Part shown: positions 40,401 through 49,100 of the stretch, one piece after another | Layout of the letters: every line of letters starts with the position of its first letter | Position numbering within the stretch: the first letter of the stretch is position 1 | Assembly (NCBI RefSeq): GCF_028641065.1 | Contig: NC_073393.1 | Location: 20,088,001 to 20,152,000 of the forward strand | Direction: 5' to 3' | From: Leucoraja erinacea | Taxonomy: Eukaryota | Length of the DNA: 64,000 nt | Translations under genes and position numbers: made by a program | The notes under the pieces: generated by a model | Databases searched by the model: none | What the model was told of the DNA's origin: nothing | The model's input: only the letters and a program-made list of their open reading frames with translations

Positions 40401-42113
40401 AACCATCTGCGTTGACCCTCTACCATTGATTGCCACCATCATCTGAACAGAACACTCAGCTTCAGTTTCCCCAACCACTACCCACGTTTCAGCCCCCACC
40501 ACCTTCTCCCACCATGATATTCCAGAAGACACCTTCATACCATTCGTCCTCACCCAAGTTCGTACTAGCTGACCTCATAATTCCTTAATTCCCATCCCCA
40601 CCTGCCTCCACTAAACCACCCCATCTGCCCTCTCTCCCTCGATCTCCACTGGGTCCCCTTCATCCCATCCAACCAGCCCACCCTCATCCACCTCCTCTCG
40701 CCACTGGGCCCTCCTCACTCTCCACCCATCCGGTCACCCACTCCTTCCACTCAGACCCCTATATCCACTACCTTCACATAGCACCTCACCCTTGTACCTG
40801 CCAGCTTGCCTCATAAATCCCCCATTCCTATCCCAACATTTTGCCTCCCCTATACCACCCCTACCTTTCCTTTGTCCTGACCTCCTACCCATCTTCTCCA
40901 CACAACCTAGCCTTCTCTCTTTCTCCCTCCACCCAAACCCCCTCATCCTCCCCCAAACAGCTTATTTCCTGACCCTCCCCTCACTGCTTCATCCCACTTT
41001 TTCCCTAATCCCAACTCCCTCTCACTCAACCTGAACCCCTCACATGACTTCTCCCTCACTACCCAACCTACTAACGCTCTCCCTCCACCTAACCCCATCA
41101 CCCTCCACCCAATGTCTTTGTTCTTCTTCCTCAACTTAACCTATCTTATCTCCGTCCACCCAACCTCCTCTCCCCGCTTCCTCTAATCCAGCCACCTTCA
41201 CTGTCTCCTTCCATCCAGCCTTCACCCACTCCTTCCCACCATCCATCCATCCATCACCCTCGACCTAATGCACACATCCCAATTCACCTCCTTCCACTCA
41301 CCTCACCCTCAACCTGCCCAAACCCCAACACCCTCTCCCCTCCACCTTCTCTCTTTACCCGACCCACCTCACCCACTTCCTCCACCCGACTGACTTCACC
41401 TTCTCCATCCATCTAACCACATTCCACTTTTATTCCACAGGAAGCCCTTCACCCAACCTCCTCTCCTCCTACTCCCAATGTCTACTTCCACACTCCCCTT
41501 GGCCATATCCTTCCCCTTCACATGCCCCCTCATCCTCTAAACCCACTTGACACCCACGCTCAACCGACTCCTATTCCACCCGATTTCCCTCATCCACCAC
41601 CCGTCCCACCCTCTCATCCATTCCCTCCACCCGAACCCTCACCCCATTCCCCCCACCCGATGCCCCGCACACACTCCCTCGATCTGACCGCCCTCAACTT
41701 CCACCCTCTCCTCGACGTTCTCCCTCCACGACCTCGCTTCCCCACTTCTACCTAACCCCCACCCGACCTCCACTTCCATCCCCCTGGTCTCTCAACCCTA
41801 CCTCAACCCTTTCCTTCACCGGAAGCCCCCTACGACCCCCACCCCCCCCCCCTTCCCCATCCCCCTATGAAACCCCCTTCCCCCCCCCCCCCCCCCCCCA
41901 TCTCCCCCTCCCTTCTCCAACCGGATCTTCATCCCACCTCTCTCTCCACCCTCCACCCCACCACTCTCCCTCCCCCGACCCCCTTCACCATCCGACCCTC
42001 CACCAGACCATCCACCCCCCCACCAGACCATCCACCCCCCTCTACTCAACCCGATCCCTTCTCCCTCCACTCACCGGCAGGCCGCAGACGGCCGTCTCCG
42101 GTCGCTCAATCAT
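21676..42113 (-). CDS. SEPT7: Septin-7-like (SEPT7 group), complete 13 exons, 430 aa, gene span
   Basis: Spliced ORF of 1293 nt with [13 protein letters not shown]1 GESGLGKS, G3 DTPG, G4 AKAD, GRQYPWG, coiled coil, end KNKKKGKIF*. Confidence 0.93.
22085..22230 (-). CDS. SEPT7: Septin exon 12
   Basis: [48 protein letters not shown]. Confidence 0.95.
22694..22829 (-). CDS. SEPT7: Septin exon 11
   Basis: [45 protein letters not shown]. Confidence 0.95.
23205..24606 (+). mobile_element. Rex1/Babar-type LINE, 5'-truncated
   Basis: [38 protein letters not shown]; C-terminal [10 protein letters not shown]; ends AATGACAATAAAG(TTGAA)n. Confidence 0.9.
25020..25497. mobile_element. CR1 RT-region fragments on both strands
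   Basis: [26 protein letters not shown] on the - strand. Confidence 0.75.
25709..25834 (-). CDS. SEPT7: Septin exon 10
   Basis: [41 protein letters not shown]. Confidence 0.95.
26760..26811 (-). CDS. SEPT7: Septin exon 9
   Basis: [18 protein letters not shown]. Confidence 0.95.
27513..28447 (-). mobile_element. Penelope-like element 3' part (GIY-YIG endonuclease + terminal repeat with hammerhead core)
   Basis: [41 protein letters not shown]; PLVLTFHP linker; CTGAAGA..GAAACGTC at 27636-27609. Confidence 0.9.
28575..28671 (-). CDS. SEPT7: Septin exon 8
   Basis: [32 protein letters not shown]. Confidence 0.95.
28715..29040 (-). repeat. GC-rich dispersed repeat related to 43500-44480
   Basis: Shares ACATCGTGGAGCT/GTTGG motifs and the TTTAATCTCTT segment with 43780-43950. 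Confidence 0.6.
29072..29135 (+). mobile_element. hAT (Charlie-like) MITE terminus fragment
   Basis: CAGTGGTCAGCAACCTACGGCCC..GGCCGGATCTGGCCCG. Confidence 0.5.
29289..29381 (-). CDS. SEPT7: Septin exon 7
   Basis: [31 protein letters not shown]. Confidence 0.93.
29575..29930 (-). mobile_element. Degenerate Penelope-like 3' fragment
   Basis: [27 protein letters not shown] in ORF 29782-29973. Confidence 0.75.
29928..30090. repeat. Degenerate minisatellite, about 35-bp unit (ACCCTGGTTACACAGTGACC)
   Basis: 5-6 imperfect copies read directly. Confidence 0.7.
30132..30249 (-). CDS. SEPT7: Septin exon 6
   Basis: [39 protein letters not shown]. Confidence 0.95.
31102..31670 (+). mobile_element. 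Probable non-autonomous DNA transposon fragment (GGGCCTGTCCCAC terminus)
   Basis: Terminus resembles GCCCCTGTCCCACT at 60319; CpG-rich interior; no right terminus found. Confidence 0.45.
31725..31859 (-). CDS. SEPT7: Septin exon 5
   Basis: [46 protein letters not shown]. Confidence 0.95.
32180..32280 (-). CDS. SEPT7: Septin exon 4
   Basis: [33 protein letters not shown]. Confidence 0.95.
33741..33847 (-). CDS. SEPT7: Septin exon 3 (P-loop)
   Basis: [36 protein letters not shown]. Confidence 0.95.
34200..35460 (+). mobile_element. Degenerate CR1 fragment interrupted by a MITE
   Basis: TACATGGATTTTAGTAAGGCATTTGATAAAGTG ([11 protein letters not shown]) and CR1 3' region. Confidence 0.75.
34725..35121. 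mobile_element. Tc1/mariner(pogo)-type MITE, 397 bp
   Basis: TA|CAGATCCACCACCGATTTTCCAGCAC ... GTTGCTGGAAAATTGATTATGCATCTG|TA: imperfect TIRs with TA duplication. Confidence 0.7.
35545..35772 (+). mobile_element. V-SINE copy
   Basis: Same head/core as 10150. Confidence 0.75.
37806..37908 (-). CDS. SEPT7: Septin exon 2
   Basis: [35 protein letters not shown]. Confidence 0.95.
38795..40028 (+). mobile_element. CR1 RT to 3' end, degenerate
   Basis: [20 protein letters not shown]; RRMRGDLI. Confidence 0.85.
40250..42070. repeat. Low-complexity C-rich tract (G-rich on the septin sense strand) at the start of intron 1
   Basis: Extreme C over G skew with many C-runs. Confidence 0.85.
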
Positions 42114-42480
42114 GACCGGTGGAAGTGATGGGGCCCGGAGCTGCGACGACAGACGGATTGGCTGCAGCCGGCGCGGCCTCTGTCTCCGGGGCTCGGGATC
42201 CTGCTCGTGCGCGCGCTCCGCCGCCTACACCACACCCGGCGCGCCCCCGCGCCAGCTGATGTCTCGCGTTCCCAAAACCAAAGCACAAAACTAAACACCC
42301 GCCTGCGCGTCCACCCTGCCAGTGCGCGTGCGCGCTGCTCTACCCCGCCCCTTGGCTCCAGCCAGGACCCACCATCATCCCATTGGCTCACAAACCTGCG
42401 CCACGCCTCTCCTGACATCAGCAAGGCAGCGTGCTCATGATTGGCTGAAGCCCCCCCCGCCCCTCGCTCGGGCAGCAGCA
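42070..42480 (-). promoter_or_regulatory. CpG-island promoter of the septin gene
   Basis: Dense CpG; three ATTGG (CCAAT on - strand) at about 42157, 42382 and 42440; GC boxes CCCCGCCCC at about 42343 and 42455. Confidence 0.8.
42075..42113 (-). CDS. SEPT7: Septin exon 1 ([13 protein letters not shown])
   Basis: ATG in CpG island, donor CCG|gtgagt, phase 0. Confidence 0.8.
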
Positions 42481-42544
42481 AAGATCTTATAGCCAAAGAT
42501 CTTATAGCGAAGCAAGATCTTTGCTTATAGCTATAAGATCTTTG
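42479..42544. mobile_element. 66-bp palindromic micro-MITE (hAT-type)
   Basis: 15-bp TIR CAAAGATCTTATAGC/GCTATAAGATCTTTG; 8-bp TSD GGCAGCAG at 42471-42478 and 42545-42552. Confidence 0.75.
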
Positions 42545-43078
42545 GGCAGCAGTGCCGTCACTGTCGAGTGTCCCCTCTCGCAGTTGCACAGAAACATTTA
42601 ATAGGTGCGGGAGTAGACCATTCTGCCCTTCGAGCCAGCACCGCCATTCAATATGATCATCATGGCTGATCGAAATTTGTACCCGCACCGCCATGGTATT
42701 ATGCAATATGTATCACTAGGACCCTGCCAGAAGCCAGGCTCCAGTAACCGGATGTGTCTGGAACTCAGGGTGTGGGCAGTTAGAGAGAGAGGCCTGGGCT
42801 TACACGAGGCTGTTGCAGTTGCTGCTGTTATTGTACAGATTAAAGGTATACTCTGTTTACGTCGGTACGAGCCTTATTACAAGCATAACTCGACAATCCC
42901 CTATCCCTAACGGCTAAATCGATGTCTCTTGAAAACATCCAATTATGAATTGGCCTCCACTGCCTTCTGTGGCAGAGAATTCCACAGATTCACAACTCTG
43001 GGTGAAAACGTTTTTCCTCATCTCAGTCCTAAACAAAGATCCTCTAGCTCCTCTAGTATCTTTGGTCCTAAATGGCCT

Positions 43079-43500
43079 TGTAGTGGCACCTAGTAATATC
43101 AAACCCTCACGATTGGCTGGTGTGGGAACTTTTTCGCGAGTTTTTCTGTTAACCGTTCATTCTAGCGTCACGCGAATAGAATAGGCATCGTTTATATTTG
43201 GCTAGCTCGACTCGGGTGACAACTTTATTCTCGTTTTAAAATAAAGAAATTTGTTCACCCTACCATCTCGACTCGCCAAACTGGTGACCCCGCTAGTCCG
43301 ATCGGAATTCAGTCTCTCGAAATGCAAGCCGCCACCATCCCCGATGCCAGCAAAATGCTGTGGGCCTCAAACTGCCCGTTTTTCTGGGCCGAACAGCCTC
43401 AGGTGTGGTTTGCCCACATAGAGGCCCAGTTCCACCTTCAGAATATCGTGGTCGACGACAGCCGCTATTTTTACGTCATTGGGGCACTCAACCAAGAGGT
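43079..43500 (+). mobile_element. Gypsy-type LTR retrotransposon remnant: LTR, tRNA-Trp PBS, gag start
   Basis: TGTAGTGG..AATAAA..CA; PBS TGGTGACCCCG at 43282-43292; FWAEQPQVWFAHIEAQF gag motif. Confidence 0.75.
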
Positions 43501-44480
43501 GTGCTCGAATGCTGGCCTGGTGTCTTTGACATCATGGGACTATGGTCTGCAGAGCTTCTAGCCGCGGGCGTGGTGTGGATTTACCATCCTGGGATCCCTC
43601 ACTCGGGATTGCCGGAGTAGAGCTCCGGCCGACGGCCTGCGGTCTATAACATCCTGAAGCCGCGGACTACAGTAGGAAAGTGCCGATTCGGGACCTCCAA
43701 GCCGCGGAGTGTGTTTCACCGTTCTGACATCGGAGTTTAGATTATTCAGACGAGAGGGTTTTTATATGGCTTTTAGCTGCGTATATGTGGGGGGCGGAGG
43801 GGAAACTTTTAAATCTCTTCTCTGTACGGGGAGCCCGACCTTTTCCCTGTCGGGTCTCCGTTGTCGTTGGGGCCTTGCACCATGGAGCGGCCTCCAACCG
43901 GAACCACCTGGGGGCTGCAGACTTACCATCGTGGAGCTGGCCGGCTTCGGAGCGTGGACAGCTGTGGTGGCGCGTGGCTGCGACCCAACTCCGGAGCTCG
44001 GAGGCTCCAGCCGCAGCTCCGGTAGACGGTGACATTGGGAGCTCACGGGTCCCTGGTGGGAGGCCGCTTTTTTGAGCTCCCACAACGGCAGCTTCTCCCG
44101 CCCAAGTTGCGGGGTTGAAAATGACCTGGAGCGGAGCCTTAGATCGCCCGGCGTGGCTTTAATGGCCACAGGACTTGCCATCCCCTTCCAGGGCTCCAAC
44201 ATTAAGACCCGAAGCGGGGCCTTACATCGCCCCGCGCGGGACTTGCCATCGCCCGCCGGGTGCTTTAACAATGGGAGAAGAATGGAACACGGGAGAGACA
44301 AGACTTTGCCTTCCATCGCAGTGAGGAGGAGATTCACTGTGATGGGTGTTTGTGTAAATTGAGTTGGTTGTGTGTCTTGGTTCTTTTCTTGTTGTATGAC
44401 TGCAGAAACCAAATTTTGTTTGAAGTTCATTTGAGGTTCAAATGACAATAAATAAATTGAATAATTGTAAATTGTATAAT
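43500..44480 (+). mobile_element. GC-rich non-autonomous retroposon candidate with Rex1-like 3' tail
   Basis: Ends AAATGACAATAAATAAATTGAA..; no RT ORF. Confidence 0.55.
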
Positions 44481-44980
44481 TGTACTTTTTCACACAGAGA
44501 GTTGTTAGTGTGGAATTCTCTGCCTCGGGGCAGGGGAGGTCGGTTCTCGGGATACTTTCAAGAGAGAGCTAGATCGGGCTCTTGAAGATAGCAGAATCGG
44601 GATATGGGGAGAAGGCTGGAAAGGGGTACTGATCGTGCTGGCTTGAAGCGCCGAATAGCCTACTCGTGCACTTAACCATTTAACCATATAACAATTACAG
44701 CACGGAAACAGGCCATCTCGACCCTTCTAGTCCGTGCCGAACACATAATCTCCCCTAGTCCCATATACCTGCGCTCAGACCATAACCCTCCATTCCCTTC
44801 CCATCCATATAACTATCCAATTTAACTATGCACTTATTGTCTATTGTCTGTAATTTCCCAACGTTTGTACTCAATACTCTGCCCAATGAAGACAAGCATG
44901 TCAATTCAATATGATCATAGTTGATCATCCAAAATCAGTACTCGTTCCGGCTTTTTCCCCATATCCCTTGGTTCCATTAG
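44480..44980. mobile_element. Cluster of short CR1 3'-end fragments on both strands
   Basis: 44678-44825 closely matches the LINE end at 900-1050. Confidence 0.75.
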
Positions 44981-46028
44981 ATTTTAGGTGACATCTGCTA
45001 GTTTTGTAACAATGCTAACGTTCAGAGTAATTGAACACATCATATTTATAAATGACACTGATAAATCTGATTGTTGCCAACAGTGCATCATTTAATATTC
45101 AATCAAAAAAAACGGAACTAAAACCATCATGGGGTTACACTTATCGTTCACAAATTTTCTTAACCAGAAGCAGTGTTAGTAATTCTTCAGTAGTTCAGAT
45201 TGAAGTTACTGGAGTAGCTTCTTTATTCTCCAAACTTTAATCCAGAGGAAAGCATAAGGTAGACAGGATGAAAATTGAATTTTGGATTGCGAGGAAAGGA
45301 AGATAAAAAAAATCAAGGTCCATTGGGGATTTAGAGTAATGAGAAGACATCACCAGGCAAACAAAAGAAAGCCTCAAGATCATGCATAAAGCAATAAGGA
45401 AATGCAATATCATTACTATTGGAAAAGCAATATTTTGACTGGTATTCGGAACCTCAAGGTCATGTACAGGGACCACGCAGCGATGCTGGAAGGAGCCCAA
45501 TCCATTTTTTTAATTCTCTCCAATACTGCCCCAACCACAGATTTTACCATTCGCCTTCAAATCAGCAAAAATTTCCAACTGGGAATTAACTGGCCAGCCC
45601 ACACATTGTTTGGGATGCGAGTGGAAACAGGTGAGTCCGGTAGAAACAGGTGAACCCGGTGGAACCCATGCATTTACAAGGACAGCCGTGCAAACAATCA
45701 AATCTGGATATCAGCATTGCCTGCCTGGGTTGCACTAGGGACTTAGGATTTTTTGATATTGCACCATATTGGGCTTTTTCATTCTTTTTAGTCCACCCCC
45801 ATGGATGGAACCCATGTTTCCTTCCCTCACACCTTGGCTTCTGAGTCTTTTTTGATGTAATATTATAAATATAAAATCATTTATCAAAATGTAAAGCAAA
45901 ATAGATTCAAAAACAAGAACACAATATTGTTAAATAGCAAGGCAAACAAACATTTTTTGTCTAACAAGAACTATATATCAGTTACATTTCCTGTAAAATA
46001 ACATCTATTGTCTTTTAACATGGACTTC

Positions 46029-46123
46029 TCAATCTAGTCCAAACTCAATGTCCTCAATGTTGATACGTCCTAGTTCCAAATTTGCTAATTCTTCTTGAAT
46101 CTGTTGATCCTTTGGGCCAGGTT
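46029..46123 (-). CDS. DNAAF1: DNAAF1 last coding exon
   Basis: [31 protein letters not shown]; acceptor ctttttag. Confidence 0.8.
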
Positions 46124-49100
46124 CTAAAAAGATGAATAAAAATAAAATGATGAATGAGATTTCCATCTTAGATATCTACACTGCAAGATCAGATTCACAT
46201 CAGATCAGGAAATAGATGGCAAATACCTGAATAATTTGTTTCTTTACATACCATCCTTGTTTACATTTGTACAATTCTATCTACATATGATGTGCTATGG
46301 TTTACAATAAAGGCTGTGAAGCAAGCTGGTGAGAATGATTGCAGCTTAATTAAGTTACATTTAAAATTGATACTTTCTGACTATAAACAGTACAATACAA
46401 GAATATGTTTTCAGCCCACAATGTAGTGCTGAACATGAATCCAAGTTAAACTAATCACCTCAGCCTGCATGTTATCGATATCCTTTCATTTCTTGCATAT
46501 CCATGCATCTATGGAAGATGTGACCTGATGTGCAGAAAGCCATGCTGGCGGTCCCTAATTTCCACATTCTGTTCCATATGGTAGTAAATCCTATCCTGAT
46601 GAATCCGCCAACAGCTTCCCTACCACTGATGTGAGGCTCACCAGCCTATAATTTCCAGGACAATGTCTACTTCCCTCCTTATACAAAGGAATAGCACATT
46701 GGCCAGTCCTCCGGGAACTTGCTTGTGGTTAGTGAAGAGACAAAGATCTTCATCAATGCACTTGCAATCTCCTCTTTTGGCTCTTTATCTAACCAAGATA
46801 GATACCACAAGGACAGAGAGATGTATCCACTTAATGATCTGTAAGAGCCCCAATATCACCTCCTTCTATATCTCAAACTGCCGTAGTATATTAGTATAAC
46901 CCACCCTGATCTTCCTGCCTCCATGTCCTACACCTCTGACTCCAAGCATGAATTCTCTCCTTTATAGTTGAGCAGTTCTACCTTCTCTCTGATTACCTTC
47001 TTGGTTTTTAATGCATGTATAAAAACCCTTAGGATTTTGTTTAGTACGACTTCTCAGTGACATTTCATAGTCCCCCTATTAACTATTGACAATATGGACT
47101 TCTCCAACTTCAAGTGACCCTTGCTTTCTTTCTCTCTACATCCCTCCCCATCCTAGCTCTCCAACCAGTCAGTCCTCCTGATTAAATATTTATCTTTGTA
47201 TGCTTCGTTGTCAACTTCACCTAGCTAATGATACGATACGATATGATACGATACAATAGAACTTTATTTATCCCAGGAGGAAAATTGGTCTGCCAAATCA
47301 TAACAATGATCTATTCTACATTTTCCTTGATTTACGTCCCCTTTGATGTCTCATTTTCACACCTTACCCTTCCATGTCTCCCTCTTTCCTGACTCTCAGT
47401 CTGAGGAAGGATCTGGCCCCGAAACGTCACCCATCCCTTCTATCCAGAGATGCTGACCATCCTGCTGAATTACTCCAGCATATCTTACATAGAAAATATT
47501 CTGATGGGATGCATCTCAAGCTGGTAAGGCAACTGCTCAGATTTTGAAGACTTCAATCTGCAGAATGGAAAACACGGCCCAGTCCATCACAGGCTCTTCC
47601 CTTCCTTCCATCTGATCTAACTTCACAGCATTGAACATCAAGGCGGCTTGCAATGTCGTCAAGCATGCTTGTCACCCTGGCCGTTTGCCTTCTCTTCTGG
47701 GAGAAGATACAGGAACTTCAAAGCTTAGTCATCCAGATTTAAGATTAACTATTCCCCCCTCTGCTTTCCAACTCCTGAACCAAACACCTCTTTCCCACCC
47801 CATTCTCAGAAGTACTGCCACAGCCATTTACTCATAATTTTACCTTATTAGGCTATTCCAATGTGTTTTTATGTTCTTCTGCCTTACTCAGATTTTGCTC
47901 CACAATCTTGCACCATTCTGCTATTTGCACTCATCATTGTATTTATTTGTTACATGTGTTATTATTGTATGTATACTGATTACACTGTGAGCTTCATGTT
48001 ATCGATGAATTTCACTGCACGCTGATGTTTATGACAATAAACAAATATAAGCATATTCTGTTAGGAACCAATAACCAAATAATCCGCCTTTGTGTTTTAA
48101 TAAGTAATTATCACAAACTAGAGTGGAATAGTGAGTAGAGCTGCTGTCTCAATCCTGACCATGAGTACTGTCTGTGTAACATTTCCACGTTCTCCCTCTG
48201 ACTGTGTAGTTTCGTCTGACGTCCCAAAGATGTGCAGATTGCTAGGTTAAATGACCACTAGAAAATGATTATTGCATACAGCTGACTGATAAAATCAGTG
48301 GGTTGATGGGAATGTGGGGAAAATAAAAGGGGATAAGCACATAATTTGGGTAAATGAGTAGCTGCTGATTGGTACAGACACAGCCTGCCAAAGGGACTGT
48401 TTCTATTCTAAGATCTCAAGAAATGAAGGCCTACGCTGTCTTTCAGAGAAATCATGTCAATTCCATTTCTTAGTTTATCTCCGTTACATTTTCTCTTTCA
48501 CACACCCGACACCTTCCCTCTGGTTCCCCAGACACCCACATCACCCCGGTAAAATCCACATGAACAAGGAGATAATGTGCAAACTCATGTGGGACTCATC
48601 AACAGAGGTTTGGACTGAACCCAGGTTGCTCAACACCGAGACAGCAACACTACCAGCTGTGCTCTTGACACCAATCTGAGTACTCCTGGAATAGGCGAAT
48701 AAATTAAGAGATAACAGGAACCTCAGGTCATGCTTGCCCAATGAAACGTCGGTGGGACCTCGCTCGGAAGGTTCATCGGTCAGTGGGGTCTCGTCCAAAG
48801 GCTCGTCGGGGTCCACTTAAAGGCTTATCGGTCGCAGAACCAGTAACCCGTGCGAAGGCTCGTCACGGGCCGCCCAAAGACTCGTTGGTCAACGTAAACG
48901 GTAACCCACCCGAAGGCTCGTCGAATGACGGGACCAGGGAACTCACCTGAAGGATTGTCAGCCAGTATGACCTGCCTGAAGGCTCGTTGGTGGATGGGAC
49001 CGGAAACCGACTCGAAGGCTCATCAGGCGGCGGGACTGGGAACCCTTCCTGAAGGCTCGTTGGACGGCGGGACAATAGACAATAGACAATAGGTGCAGGA

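Noticed and set aside
40734-42115. Pro-rich and Gly-rich ORFs
   Set aside because: Artefacts of the C-rich low-complexity tract
43762-44493. 243-aa minus-strand ORF
   Set aside because: Within a GC-rich dispersed repeat; stop-poor by composition, no domain
48720-49070. CRISPR-like spaced repeats
   Set aside because: Eukaryotic context, degenerate units with related spacers, no cas genes
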